A stretch of 64,000 nt of DNA from an uncultured delta proteobacterium (GCA_963761335.1 CAVXGR010000016.1:1-64000), one strand, 5' to 3'. Positions 41,099 to 54,790 are shown, numbered from the stretch's first letter. The notes: a model not told the origin generated them from the sequence alone. Numbers and translations: made by a program.

Positions 41099-41728
41099 GT
41101 GCGCGTTCTGGGTCATCTCTTTGCAAACAACCGGGCGTGGGCCGCCGACATCACTCGCGGCGAGCCGGGCTTCTTCGAAAAGCTGGCGCGCCAGCAGGTT
41201 CCCGAGTTCCTGTGGATCGGCTGCGCCGACAGCCGGGTGCCGGCCAACCAGATCGTCGGTCTCCTCCCCGGCGAGCTGTTCGTGCACCGCAACGTCGCCA
41301 ACGTGGTGGTCCACACCGACCTCAACTGCCTCTCCTGCATCGAGTACGCCGTGGACGCGCTTCGCGTGCGGCACATCATCGTCTGCGGCCACTACGGATG
41401 CGGCGGCGTGCTGGCGGCCCTGCGCGGCGAGCGTCTCGGTCTGATCGACAACTGGCTCCGGCACATCCAGGACGTCCGCGACAAGCACAGCGCTGATCTC
41501 GCTGCCCTGTGCTCCGAGGCCGACCGCCACGCCCGGCTCTGCGAGCTGAACGTGATCGAGCAGGCGATCAACGTCTGCCACACCACCGTGGTGCAGGAGG
41601 CGTGGCGCCGCCAGCAGTCGCTTACCGTTCACGGATGGATCTATGGGCTCAACGACGGCCTGCTCCGCGATCTCGGCGTCTGTGTGAGCGACCCGGCCGA
41701 GCTCGTCACCTACCACCAGACTCCCTGA
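41099..41728 (+). CDS. can: Beta-class carbonic anhydrase
   Basis: WIGCADSRVP, FVHRNVAN, CGHYGCGG. Confidence 0.95.
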   Translation: MRVLGHLFANNRAWAADITRGEPGFFEKLARQQVPEFLWIGCADSRVPANQIVGLLPGELFVHRNVANVVVHTDLNCLSCIEYAVDALRVRHIIVCGHYGCGGVLAALRGERLGLIDNWLRHIQDVRDKHSADLAALCSEADRHARLCELNVIEQAINVCHTTVVQEAWRRQQSLTVHGWIYGLNDGLLRDLGVCVSDPAELVTYHQTP

Positions 41729-41826
41729 GCGGCGGGAACCTTCCGCCCACGACCCGTGTTCCCTAAACCGACCGATCGAAAAGGAAGGAGTTGAACCGAT
41801 GCTCAGGACAAGAATTTCGAGAAGCG

Positions 41827-41880
41827 AAGTAGAAGGGCCGTCCCGGCGCCTCCGGAAGCGGCGAGACGCTGCTTCTACTT
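41827..41880. repeat. REP-like palindrome related to the 39.3-kb hairpin
   Basis: aagtagaag ... gaagcggcgagacgctgcttctactt. Confidence 0.55.
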
Positions 41881-41885
41881 GGATC

Positions 41886-42506
41886 GTGGCTCAACCACGC
41901 GAAGGCTTGCGATTCTCTCTCTGCCTCATCCTGACCGCGGCGCTCACTTTGACCGGCCTGGCAGCCACCGCCCATGCGGTGACCTACAAGCTCGACTCCG
42001 ATCACACCAGCGTCGTCTTCCACGTGCGACACCTGTTCTCGCAAGTGGAGGGCCGCTTCGACAAGTTCTCGGGGAGCATCGATTTCGATCCTGCCAAGCC
42101 GGAAGCGACCCGCGTGCAGGGCAGCATCGACGCCGCCAGCATCAATACCAACGTGGCCAAGCGCGACACACATCTGCGCAGCAAGGATTTCTTCGACGTC
42201 GCCACCTATCCGAAGATCACCTTCGCCAGCACCGGGGTGAGCGACGTCGATACCAAGAAGATGACCGGCAAGCTCCACGGCAAGCTCAGCATGCGCGGGG
42301 TGGAGAAGGATGTGGTGCTGGAGGTGGCCTTCCTGGGCGCCGGCAAAGATCCCTGGGGCAATGCCAAGGCGGGCTTCACCGCCTCGACGAAGATCAACCG
42401 CAAGGACTTCGGCCTCACCTGGAACCAGGCGCTCGAGGCCGGTGGCTTTCTCGTCGGCGACGACGTCACCATCGACATCTCCGCCGAGGGCATCCTGCCG
42501 CAGTAG
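41886..42506 (+). CDS. YceI family polyisoprenoid-binding protein
   Basis: Signal peptide, HTSVVFHVRHL, RDTHLRSKDFF, INRKDFG; start uncertain. Confidence 0.92.
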   Translation: MAQPREGLRFSLCLILTAALTLTGLAATAHAVTYKLDSDHTSVVFHVRHLFSQVEGRFDKFSGSIDFDPAKPEATRVQGSIDAASINTNVAKRDTHLRSKDFFDVATYPKITFASTGVSDVDTKKMTGKLHGKLSMRGVEKDVVLEVAFLGAGKDPWGNAKAGFTASTKINRKDFGLTWNQALEAGGFLVGDDVTIDISAEGILPQ

Positions 42507-42509
42507 CCG

Positions 42510-44096
42510 TCACGCCGGAGCGTCGACCAGCAGCTTTTCCTTTCGACCTTTGGGCAGATGGTCGTAGAGATCGGCGATGAGGTCGGACCTGATGGTGCGG
42601 TAGGCGGGATCGTTCCAGAGGTTGCGCCACTGCCGCGGATCCTCGTCGAGGTTGTAGAGCTCGCCCTCGCTGCCGTCGTAATGCACACCGCACGGCGTCA
42701 TGACGAAGTCGCCGAGCGTGCGCTCGAGCCCGGTCGGCTGGCCGTCGGTGCTCGGCTCGTAGCGCGTCAGCAGCCAGCCGTCGCGGTGCACGATGCTGCG
42801 CATGTGCATGCCATGACTCGGCGTCTGGCTGTCCCACTCGCAGAGGACGCGCTCGCGGCTGCCGTCGTCGGTCACCGGTAGCGGAGCGCCTTCCATCCAG
42901 GGCGGCGGCTCGATGCCGGCGATGGCACAGAAGGTCGGTGCCAGGTCGACCTGGCCGACCGGCTGCTCGATCTGCGCCGGCGCGATGCTCGCGGACGATG
43001 CCGGACGCCAGATCATCGGCAGGCGCATCAGCGCGTCGACGTGGAACGGGCCCTTGTAGATGAGGCCGAAGTCCCCCTGCATCTCGCCGTGATCGGTGGT
43101 GTAGATCACGTCGGTATCATCTGCCCAGCCGCGCTCGACGACGCGTCGCCAGACGCGGCCGCAGGCCTCGTCGATGAGCTCGTTCATGACATGGACCTTG
43201 GCGTTGATCTCGCGGATATGATCGCGGTTGAGCTGCGGCACCCGAAAGTTGGGCGGAGCGCCCTCGGCGTTCTGCCAGCGCCCTTCGAAGTAGGCGAGCC
43301 AGTGCGCCGGCTTCTGCGCCAGGATCTCTCGGGTCTGCGCCTCCGACGCCGGGTAGCCCTCCGGTAGGGGCAGGTCGCGCCAGGGCACGCGGTGCAGCTC
43401 CGATGCCGGCGGATCCCAGGGATGATGTGGATCGGGGAAGCTCATCCACACGAACCAGTCGTCCTCGGGCGCCAGCGAGTCGAGGAACTCGACGGTGCGG
43501 TCGGCGACCCAGTCGGTGTGGTACCACGGGCGCGGGATCGGGTTGTTCTTGGTCTCCGGAGCGCCCGTGTCGCCGCCGCCGTTGGCGTCGAGCAGTGGTG
43601 CAAAGCTCTCGAGGTGCTCGGGATGATTCTGCCTGAGCCAGCGGCCGTAGTGGCCGACCGGCCGCCCATAGAAGGCGGCGATGTGCGTCGCATGCACGGC
43701 GCGCTCGAAGCCGCGCCAGGGGCCGAAGTCGCCCCGCCGCTGCCGGGCGTTCTCCTCGAACTTGAGCTGCGGGTCGAAGTTGGGCTCGAAGTGCGCCTTG
43801 CCGCACAGCGCCGTGCGATAGCCGGCGCGCTCGGCGAGGTGGGCGGCGATACTGGGGGCGTCGACCGGCAGGGCGATGCCGTTGGCGACCACGCCGTGGG
43901 TACGCACGTACTGGCCGGTGAGCATGGTCGAACGCGCCGGCATGCACACGGTGTTCTGGTTGTAGGCGCGCCGATACGTGAGTCCGTCGCGGGCCCACGC
44001 ATCGACGACCGGCGTGCGCGCCACGCGACCCCCGGTGCAGCCGAGGGCGTCGTGGCGTTGCTGGTCGGTGGTGATGAAGAGGATCTTGCGTCCCAT
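42510..44096 (-). CDS. Sulfatase-like hydrolase
   Basis: ILFITTDQQR, CMPAR formylglycine motif, GKAH, TDHGE. Confidence 0.92.
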   Translation of the reverse strand: MGRKILFITTDQQRHDALGCTGGRVARTPVVDAWARDGLTYRRAYNQNTVCMPARSTMLTGQYVRTHGVVANGIALPVDAPSIAAHLAERAGYRTALCGKAHFEPNFDPQLKFEENARQRRGDFGPWRGFERAVHATHIAAFYGRPVGHYGRWLRQNHPEHLESFAPLLDANGGGDTGAPETKNNPIPRPWYHTDWVADRTVEFLDSLAPEDDWFVWMSFPDPHHPWDPPASELHRVPWRDLPLPEGYPASEAQTREILAQKPAHWLAYFEGRWQNAEGAPPNFRVPQLNRDHIREINAKVHVMNELIDEACGRVWRRVVERGWADDTDVIYTTDHGEMQGDFGLIYKGPFHVDALMRLPMIWRPASSASIAPAQIEQPVGQVDLAPTFCAIAGIEPPPWMEGAPLPVTDDGSRERVLCEWDSQTPSHGMHMRSIVHRDGWLLTRYEPSTDGQPTGLERTLGDFVMTPCGVHYDGSEGELYNLDEDPRQWRNLWNDPAYRTIRSDLIADLYDHLPKGRKEKLLVDAPA

Positions 44097-44124
44097 TCTC
44101 CTGCGTCTCCTGGTCCTGCCCAAA

Positions 44125-44198
44125 AGGGGACAGGCTACTTTTGTCCCTCGAAATTCAACGGAGGCAGGGACCTGGTCCGCAAGAGTTGCCTGTCCCCT
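44125..44198. repeat. REP-like inverted pair
   Basis: aggggacaggctactttt ... aagagttgcctgtcccct. Confidence 0.6.
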
Positions 44199-44209
44199 CC
44201 TGCATTGGT

Positions 44210-45265
44210 TCAGCCGCGCGCCGGAACGATGCCGTGCTCGATCATGCTGCGGCCGGTGTCGACCAGCGTCTCCGGCATCGGGCGCATCGACCAGCCGAGC
44301 TCGCGTTTCGCCTTCTCGCAGCTGACGCGCTCCTGGCGGCCGACGTAATCGAGGGCCAGGCGGATCGCCTTGTCGAAGCGCGCGAAGATCCACATGATCG
44401 CGTAGGGGAGACGCCCGGTCGGAACCCGGTAGCCCTTGGGATTGAACTCTCCGGCCAACACTTTGGCCATGTCCTCGATCCACATGTGCTCACCGGCGCA
44501 AATGTAGCGGTTGCCGGCGGCCCGGGGGCTCTCCATCGCCAGCCGATGGGCGATGGCGACGTCGCGCACGTCGACGGGGGCGAAGCCGAGGCGCGGGCAG
44601 GCGGGCATCTCCCGCGTCAGCAGCTTGCGCACCACCTCGCCCGACGTCCCCGGATCGGCACTCATCAGCGGACCGAGAACGAATCCCGGATTGATCACCA
44701 CCAGCTCGAAGCGCTTGTCGGCCGGCAGCCCCTCGACGAAGTCCCAGGCGGCGCGCTCCGCCAGCGTCTTGCTCTTCTGATAGGCCTCGCAGCGGTCGGG
44801 ATTCGACCAGTCTGCCTCGGTATACACCTTGTGCTCCTGCGGATCGTGGCCGAAGGCGACGGCGGCGACCGAGGAGGTGAGCACGACGCGCCTCACCGTG
44901 CCGCTCTCGGCGCAGGCGCGGAGCACGCGCTTGGTGCCGTCGACGGCGGGGCGGATCAGGTCCATCTCGTCTTTCGGTATCTCGGCGGGAAACGGCGAGG
45001 CGACGTGCAGGACGTAGGTGCAGCCGGCCACCGCTTCCGGCCAGCCGCGATCGCTTGCCAGGTCGGCCTCGACGAGATCGAGCGAGCCGCCGGTGCGCGC
45101 GGCGAGGGCGCGCAGGTGCGCGGTTTTCTCGGGCGCCTTCAGGTTGCGCACCGTGCCGCGCACCGCGTAGCCGTGCTCGAGCAGCTCGCGCACGCAGTGG
45201 CCGGCGATGAAGCCGGATGCCCCCGTGACCAGGACCAGGGGGTCCTTCGATGCGGTCGTCGTCAT
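44210..45265 (-). CDS. NAD-dependent epimerase/aldehyde reductase (extended SDR)
   Basis: VTGASGFIA, HVASP, YQKSKTLAE. Confidence 0.92.
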   Translation of the reverse strand: MTTTASKDPLVLVTGASGFIAGHCVRELLEHGYAVRGTVRNLKAPEKTAHLRALAARTGGSLDLVEADLASDRGWPEAVAGCTYVLHVASPFPAEIPKDEMDLIRPAVDGTKRVLRACAESGTVRRVVLTSSVAAVAFGHDPQEHKVYTEADWSNPDRCEAYQKSKTLAERAAWDFVEGLPADKRFELVVINPGFVLGPLMSADPGTSGEVVRKLLTREMPACPRLGFAPVDVRDVAIAHRLAMESPRAAGNRYICAGEHMWIEDMAKVLAGEFNPKGYRVPTGRLPYAIMWIFARFDKAIRLALDYVGRQERVSCEKAKRELGWSMRPMPETLVDTGRSMIEHGIVPARG

Positions 45266-45411
45266 GGCGCCCTCCTTGCCGCCCATGGACTACCAGTTTG
45301 TCCCCCGGCGGTCACGTCGCCCCGGGAGGGCGGACGATCCTGCGACTGTCGCGCCGTCCGCTTGTGAGCCCCTCTCCGCCGCCGTATCCTGTTGGGTGCG
45401 AGGAGCGGCTA

Positions 45412-45600
45412 ATGGACCACCCGTGGAAATGGTTGGGCGATCTCTCCTGGCAGAGTATCGGCCTCGGCGTGCTCGTGCTGGTTGCCCTCTACGGTCTCAA
45501 GCGCTGGCGGTCCTCCGCCTCCCGGCAAGCGGACGCGGTGCTCGAGCGCATGCAAAGGGAGAGAGGGGATCACTATCGCAAGGTGCGGCCGCTCAAGTGA
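45412..45600 (+). CDS. Small single-pass membrane protein
   Basis: RBS gaggag, 62 aa with one TM segment. Confidence 0.6.
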   Translation: MDHPWKWLGDLSWQSIGLGVLVLVALYGLKRWRSSASRQADAVLERMQRERGDHYRKVRPLK

Positions 45601-45631
45601 GCGGAAGATCCTCTCCTACGAGGAGGGCGAC

Positions 45632-46507
45632 ATGGAGACGATTCCTTTTGGCCGGACGGGGCACCGCAGCTCCCGCGTCATCTTCGGGGCGGCGGCGCTG
45701 TGGAGCATGCGGCAGGAGAAGGCGGACGAGATCCTCGGGCTGCTTCTCGAGCACGGCGTCAATCACATCGACGCGGCGGCCTCGTACGGCGACGCCGAGC
45801 TGCGCGTCGGCGCCTGGATGCCCGGCCACCGCGACCGTTTCTTCCTGGCCACCAAGACCGGCGAACGCACCGCCTCCGGGGCGCGCGATAGCCTGCACCG
45901 ATCGCTCGAGCGGCTGCGAGTCGACTCGCTCGACCTGATCCAGCTCCACAACCTCGTCGAGGAGGAGGAGTGGGAGGTGGCCATGGGCCCGGGTGGGGCG
46001 CTCGAGGCGCTGGTCGAGGCGCGCGACCGCGGCCTGGTGCGCTACCTCGGCCTCACCGGGCATGGCACCCGCGTCGCCGCCATGCACCGCCGCAGCCTGG
46101 AGCGCTTTCCCTTCGACAGCGTGCTGCTGCCCTACAGCTTCACCCTGATGCAGATGCCGGAGTACGCCGCCGACTTCGAGGCGCTGATGGCCATCTGTGG
46201 GGCGCGCGGCGTCGCCGTGCAGACGATCAAGGCGGTGGCGCGGCGCCGCTGGCAGGAAGAGTCGCCGCGCCGTCACAGCTGGTATGAGCCGCTGCGCGAT
46301 CCCGCGGCCATCCGCCGCGCCGTCCATTTCACCCTGGCGAGGCCCGGCATCTTTCTCAACAGCTCCAGCGACGCCAGCTTGCTGCGCACCATCCTCGAGT
46401 CCGCCGCCGCGCCGGCGCCGGCGCCGAGCAAGGCGGAGCTCGAGGCCGACGTCGCGCATCTCGACATGCAGCCGCTCTTCGTCCGCGGCGTCAGCGACGC
46501 GATCTGA
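45632..46507 (+). CDS. Aldo/keto reductase
   Basis: GVNHIDAAASYG, FLATK, SLERL..DLIQLH. Confidence 0.92.
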   Translation: METIPFGRTGHRSSRVIFGAAALWSMRQEKADEILGLLLEHGVNHIDAAASYGDAELRVGAWMPGHRDRFFLATKTGERTASGARDSLHRSLERLRVDSLDLIQLHNLVEEEEWEVAMGPGGALEALVEARDRGLVRYLGLTGHGTRVAAMHRRSLERFPFDSVLLPYSFTLMQMPEYAADFEALMAICGARGVAVQTIKAVARRRWQEESPRRHSWYEPLRDPAAIRRAVHFTLARPGIFLNSSSDASLLRTILESAAAPAPAPSKAELEADVAHLDMQPLFVRGVSDAI

Positions 46508-46513
46508 TCGGCG

Positions 46514-47023
46514 TCAGCCTTCCTGTATCGGTATCGAGCCGATGTAGTCCATCTTGCCGAGGTCGACGCCGTTGTGGCGCAGGATCGCGTAGGCCGTGGT
46601 CGCGTGGAAGAAGAAGTTGGGAATGGCGATCTGCAGGAGGTAGTCGTCGCCGCGCAGCCACTTGCCGCCGAGCCACGCCGGAGACACCTTGCGGTCCTCG
46701 GCGCCCGCGAAATCCTTCGCCTGGACGGTGTCGAGAAAGCCGAGGCATTTGCCAATGCGCTCTCGCAGCTCCGCGAAGGTCTGCTCGGTGTCCGGATGTG
46801 ATGGCGCCTGCTTGCCGCCGAGGTACGCCGCCGCGTACTTCGCCTGGTCGCAGGCGGCCTGCACCTGGCGGGCGAAGGCGTACTGGTCCGGCGCCAGCCG
46901 AGCCTGGGCGAGCACGTCGACCTCGAACGATTTGGCCTGCGCGTGCGCGGCGGCCTTGTCCATCCACTGCTCGAGGTTCTGCAGGGTCTTGGCGAACAGA
47001 CGGATCACGTCGTGTTGGTTCAT
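46514..47023 (-). CDS. DUF1993 family protein
   Basis: RLAPDQ..F..QVQ.ACD.AK, PNFFFH.TTAY.ILRHNGV.LGK.DY. Confidence 0.9.
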   Translation of the reverse strand: MNQHDVIRLFAKTLQNLEQWMDKAAAHAQAKSFEVDVLAQARLAPDQYAFARQVQAACDQAKYAAAYLGGKQAPSHPDTEQTFAELRERIGKCLGFLDTVQAKDFAGAEDRKVSPAWLGGKWLRGDDYLLQIAIPNFFFHATTAYAILRHNGVDLGKMDYIGSIPIQEG

Positions 47024-47163
47024 CGGGCTTTCCTTTCGTCGTTGGCGGACGATAGCGCACGGCGAATCGTCAAGCGACTGGTGGATGTGGATTCGTTCGG
47101 CCCAGTCGAGTACGACTCTCGGCAGGAGAGGCCGGTTCCGAGCGGTAAGGACAGGAATGCCGA

Positions 47164-49048
47164 ATGAGCTGGGATAGCCCGCCATCGAAGCGACGGCTCG
47201 TGTTCCGGCCCCACGTGGGTTGGGTCGCCGTCTTCGTACCCGCCGGGCTGGCGCTGGCATACTTCATTGCATTCAGCGCCTTCGTCATCCACCGCAGCCA
47301 TCGCAGCGGCGACTTCTGGCTGTACGATTACCTCGTGGCGAGCGTCCCCCTGGGCGGTTGGAGCCGCCCCGGCCTCGTCGTCGAGGTCGGGCTCCTCGTC
47401 TATCTCGCCGGCGTGGTGGCAACTTTCCAGCGGCGCAGAGGCCTGGCGATTCTGTCGATAACCGCTCTTCTCCTCGCCCTCTACAGCATCTGCTTCGGCG
47501 ATTATCTCGCTTTCGGGGAGCCGCTCTCATATGGCGACCTGGCGGAGACGCGCGAGCTCGTCCGTGCCCTGCCGTGGAGATTTCTCCTGCCGGCGGGATC
47601 GGGGCTTCTCGGCGTCGCCTCGCTGCTGCTGATCAACTTCCGCTGGCCGGGTCTCCGGCGCGTCTGCGCGGCGTTGCTGCCGGTGGGTCTGTACCTCGGC
47701 GCTGCCTGGGCGCGCCCGGATCTCGTCTTTGCCGGCATCGAATCGCTGCGCCCCACTCCCGGCTTCCGGCCCGATCTCGAGCTCTTCCGCGACGGTCCGC
47801 TCTGCGCGTTTCTGAAGAGCCATGCCCGCTTCCGCGAATTCGAGCGCGCTCTCGCCGCGGATCGCGGCGGCGGCGCCGAACGGATCTCCTTGCCGCTGGA
47901 AGGTGAGCCGGCGCTGCCCTCTCGCCCGAACATTCATCTGATCGTGATGGAGAGCCTCATCGATCCGCTGAACTTCCGCGCCGCGCGCTTCGATGGCGAT
48001 CCGATCGATTCTCGCTTTCGTCGCTGGCTGCGCGAGAGCGGCTCGGTTTCGCTCTCTCCCGTCTTCGGCGGCAAGTCGGCGCGCGCCGAGTTCGAGGTTC
48101 TCTGCGGCCTGCCCTCGTACGCCGTGGGAGGCATCGATTTCAACGCTCTGCGCGGCGCGCACATCCCGTGTCTCCCGGACCTGCTGCGCCGCCTGGGGTA
48201 TGCGACGATGGCCTCGCAGCCGGTCAGCTCCTCGTTCTTCAACTATCGAAAGGCGTATCCGGCGGTGGGGTTCGAGATGACCTACTTCGCCGGCAGCTAT
48301 CGAGCTCGACGATTTCGACGGGCAATGGCTGGCTGCGGCGAGCCAGATGCACCAGCTGCAGCGCTTGGTCGAGGGTCTAGGCGACGGCAGGCCCCGGTTC
48401 GTGTACACCTTCGTCAACGCCGGGCATCATCCCTTCGAGATGAACGCACAGCGCCGTCCACCGCGCTTTCCGGGTGAGACGTGGCTGGCCCGCATTGCCA
48501 ACGCCATCTCCTACGATTCGGCGGCTGTCGCCGACTACGTCGAGTGGATCGAAGCGCGGGATCCGCAGGCGGTGGTGATCATCGTCGGCGACCACCTTCC
48601 CGTCCTCGGTGCCGCCTTCGCCGCATACCGGAATTGGGACTACCGCCTCGCCTCCGAGGAGGGGAATGCGCCGCCGTTCGCGAAGGGAGGCGAGGAGCGC
48701 GATCTCGTGTCGCGGGCGACCCCTCTCATCGTCCGCCGCGCCGGGCGAACGATCCCCGTGGGTGTGGTCGCGCACTACGAGATCCCCGAGGTCTTGCTCA
48801 ATCTCCTCAGCGAGGGCGACTACTGCCGGCGACATTCCTGTGTCTCCTCCGAACGAGTGGTCTATCGCCCGATCGAGGAAGCGCCCTTCTTCAGCCGGCG
48901 GGAAGGCTTTCCGTCACCGGTCTGTGCGGGGCGGGGCTCGCAGCCCGGGTGCGCCGCCGGCCTGCGGCGTCACCTCGGGGCGCTCGCCGTTTACAGGGAG
49001 ATCCTGCGTCGCGGATCCGCTCAGTCGACCGAGGTGCCTGCCAGGTAG
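47164..49048 (+). pseudogene. LTA synthase / sulfatase-like membrane protein, frameshifted
   Basis: N-terminal TMs, IVMESL, SPVFGG.SA..EFEVLCG, GDHLP; one extra base near 48301 joins ORFs 47164..48477 and 48347..49048. Confidence 0.8.
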
Positions 49049-49316
49049 TACCTCGACGAGGAGTATTGTCCTGAATTCCCCCGACGCCGGATGTTGACGA
49101 GAGGCGATTGGCTGTCTTCCGGTCGCTGCGGGCGTGGGCTCCCTCTCCCGCAGGCAATGCGGGAGAGGAGACCCGGTGTGCGGCGCCCGAAAAAGTCGCA
49201 GACGTCGAGCTGGGACACCACCCGACGAGGAGCGGTACTTGTTTCGCTTCCCGGACCGGCGGAAGATCGGTGACATTGAAAGCCCGTCCGAGGTCGATCT
49301 CGTTATGCCGAAGGAG

Positions 49317-50222
49317 ATGTCCGATAGACCCTCGCAGAGACAGCGCCATCCGGCGCGCCTCTGGACATTTGTCGCCGTCATCGCTCTGGCGGTGCTCGCC
49401 GGTAGTGCGCCTGCGGATGCCGGGCAGTCGGGACGCGGACTGGGCGGCATCGCCATCGATGACCTCGAGTATCTGGTGAACAACCTCCAGCTGGACATCG
49501 AGGACATCGTCACTGCGCCGCTGCACATCGCCGATGCGGACAGCCCCCTGCGCTCGCCGCGCTTCTATCTCGGCGTTGCCGGCGCGGGCGCGCTCTGGGG
49601 CGCCTCCTACGCCCTCGACCAGACCATGCGCAGCCGCCTGCACGACATGTCGCCGAGCGACGCGAGGCTCCTCGAAGACGTGAGCTATGCCGCCATCGGC
49701 TTCGGCAGTGCCGCGACCTACGCCTACGGCGTCGCCAGCGACAACCCGCACGTGCGTCGATCGATGCTGACCGGCGGCGAGGCCGCCGGCGTCGCCACGC
49801 TCGCCAACGCGCTCATCCTCAAGCCCGGCTTCGGGCGCCTGCGCCCGTATCAGGACGATCACAGCCATTCGGCGTTCTTTCGCGGCGGTCAGTCCTTCGT
49901 GTCGGGCGATGTCACACCCGTGGTCTCCCTGGCGGCGGGTATCAGCAACGCCTTCGACAACCGCTGGTATGTGGCCGCGCCGGTCTACTCGGTGGCCCTC
50001 ATGGACGGTATCGGTCGCATGGGAAACGATGCGCACTGGTTCTCCGACGTCGTCGGCGCCGGCCTTCTCGGATGGGGCACCACCGAGCTATTCGAGCACC
50101 TCCACCGCAAGCACGAGGAGGAGCCGAGCCGCTGGCGCATCCTGCCGATGGCCGTGCCGATCGAGACGGCCGGAGGAGGCACGGCCATCGGCGGCGAGAT
50201 CATGCTGGCGCGGAGGTGGTAG
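49317..50222 (+). CDS. PAP2-family phosphatase
   Basis: K...GRLRP, SFVSGD (His of SGH replaced), R.....HWFSDV; signal peptide. Confidence 0.8.
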   Translation: MSDRPSQRQRHPARLWTFVAVIALAVLAGSAPADAGQSGRGLGGIAIDDLEYLVNNLQLDIEDIVTAPLHIADADSPLRSPRFYLGVAGAGALWGASYALDQTMRSRLHDMSPSDARLLEDVSYAAIGFGSAATYAYGVASDNPHVRRSMLTGGEAAGVATLANALILKPGFGRLRPYQDDHSHSAFFRGGQSFVSGDVTPVVSLAAGISNAFDNRWYVAAPVYSVALMDGIGRMGNDAHWFSDVVGAGLLGWGTTELFEHLHRKHEEEPSRWRILPMAVPIETAGGGTAIGGEIMLARRW

Positions 50223-50300
50223 CGAGCAACCGGGGCATGGGCTTCTCTCGCTTGGCGGAAATCGCCCGCTGAATGTCATTGCCGGCGCCGTGGGCGACGG

Positions 50301-51089
50301 GTGAAGATCCCGCCCATGAGCTCTTCCCGTCTCCCATTCGGAACCCTCGCCTGGGCCAGGGCCGGCGGCGGTGCGCTGTCGGTCCGAGAGAGCGTGCGCG
50401 AGATCGGCAGGGGCATCTCCGTCGTCCTGTCGACGGCGCCGGCGCAGGTGCGCCAGCGGCTCGGTCTCCGCAACCCGGGCGCCTTCGCCTATGATGTCGA
50501 CCGCTTGCGCGTTCCCGATTCGGGGATCGCCAGGCAGGCAGAGGAGCTGTGCCGCGAGACGTCGTCGCCGATGCTCGTCAACCACTGCCTGCGCACCTAC
50601 GCCTGGGGGATGATCCTGGCGGCGCGCGACGGTGCGCGTCCGGATGCCGAGCTCTTCTACGTCGCTTCACTGCTGCATGACCTGGCCCTCACCGAGCGCT
50701 TTCGCGGCTACGCCCCGATGCCGTGCTTTGCGGCGCGCGCCGGAATCCTGGCGACGGACTGGGCGCGGGAGCGCGGCTGGCCGGACGAGCGCTGCGCGGC
50801 GCTCGGCGATGCGGTCTGTCTGCACCTGAACGCGCGGGTGCCTCCGGAGCTCGGCGCCGAGGCGCAGTTGCTGCAGGCGGGTGCCGGGCTCGACGTGATC
50901 GGTCTGCGCCACTGGGAGCTGGCGCCGCAGACAGTCGAAGCGGTGCTGGCGCGCTATCCGCGGCTGCAGATGAAGCGGGACGCCTATATGCTCTTCGAGG
51001 CGGAAGCCCATCCGGGGACGAGAACGCGCCTGCTCAATCGCTGGCTTCTCTTCGGCACGCTGGTGCGACACTCGCAGTTCCACGAGTAG
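50301..51089 (+). CDS. HD-domain protein
   Basis: NHCLRTY, LLHDL; start 50301 or 50316. Confidence 0.85.
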   Translation: MKIPPMSSSRLPFGTLAWARAGGGALSVRESVREIGRGISVVLSTAPAQVRQRLGLRNPGAFAYDVDRLRVPDSGIARQAEELCRETSSPMLVNHCLRTYAWGMILAARDGARPDAELFYVASLLHDLALTERFRGYAPMPCFAARAGILATDWARERGWPDERCAALGDAVCLHLNARVPPELGAEAQLLQAGAGLDVIGLRHWELAPQTVEAVLARYPRLQMKRDAYMLFEAEAHPGTRTRLLNRWLLFGTLVRHSQFHE

Positions 51090-51194
51090 AGGCCTCTCGC
51101 CCGCCGGGGGCCACTCTCCGAGCTGACCCCGCGATCATAGCGGCTAGTTGACTTTGATACTGCGTGAGAATCTCCCTTCTCTATTCCGTCGTTC

Positions 51195-51333
51195 CCGGCT
51201 CTCATTCCCGGTTCTCATTCCGTCGTTTTCCATTGTTCTGCGGGCCGCGTGACATCTCGGCCGGCTCTGGGGTTACTCGCCGCTGTCAGAGCGAATGGAA
51301 GACGACGGAATGAGAACCGGGAATGAGAACCGG
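51195..51333. repeat. Palindromic element copy B
   Basis: 40-bp inverted arms (2 mismatches) around a 59-bp core 51235-51293. Confidence 0.92.
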
Positions 51334-51435
51334 AGATTGAGAGGGGAAAGCAGGCAGGGCTCGAGCGTTGAGGTCGGTCGCCTTGCGTTGTCCATCCGTG
51401 GAATTGGCAGCGCGGCCATCCCGGCCGCTCCGGGG

Positions 51436-54138
<2,703 letters not shown>

Positions 54139-54790
54139 TCAGCTCTCCACTCTCGCCTGCAGCTCCGCCACCCACCGCATCATCTCAGCGTGCACCTTCT
54201 GCACCGACGGACGCTGCTGCACCGCCGTCCACCACGCCGCCAGCTTCGGGCGGTCGTCGCTGAACGGTTTTCCACCAAGGAGCTGTAGCGTCAACTGCGC
54301 ATAGAGCATCAGCGGCGCCAGCGCACAGTCTGCCAAGGTGAAGTCGCTACCCAGCGCGTACGGACCGGCCCAGCATCCCTTCGAGCTGATCGAGGCGGGC
54401 GGCGATTTCCGCAAATTGCGTGGTGATGAGCTGCTGATCCTTTTCTTTCAGCGTGACCTGGGGGAACAGCACGTGAAACGCGGGTTCCAGGTACAGATCG
54501 CCGAAGCGGTCCAGCATACGCGAGCGGGCACGTCCTTCCGCATCTGGCGGCAGCAGGCGCGGCGTTGGGAACTTCTCGTCGAGGTATTCGTTGATCACCT
54601 CCGACTCGCCAATGATCTGCCCGTTTGTCTGCAGCGCCGGCGTCTTGCCCAACGGATAGATCTTCAGATACGCCGCCGACTTCAGGTCGTCGCCCGGGAT
54701 CGGCACGATATCCACCGGAGCGCCCTTCTCGTAGATCACTAGGCGGCACTTCGAGGCGAAATGGCTGCCGTTCTGGTTGTAGAGCTTCAT
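54139..54790 (-). pseudogene. Glutathione S-transferase, frameshifted
   Basis: PLGKTPAL, ESEVINEYL, FTLAD; extra G near 54370 joins ORFs 54347..54790 and 54139..54414. Confidence 0.85.

Noticed and set aside
45396..45405. 10-bp match (gtgcgaggag) to the tRNA-Leu 3' end as a possible att duplicate
   Set aside because: Too short for a GC-rich sequence and coincides with the RBS of the 45412 ORF; no longer tRNA duplication was seen.
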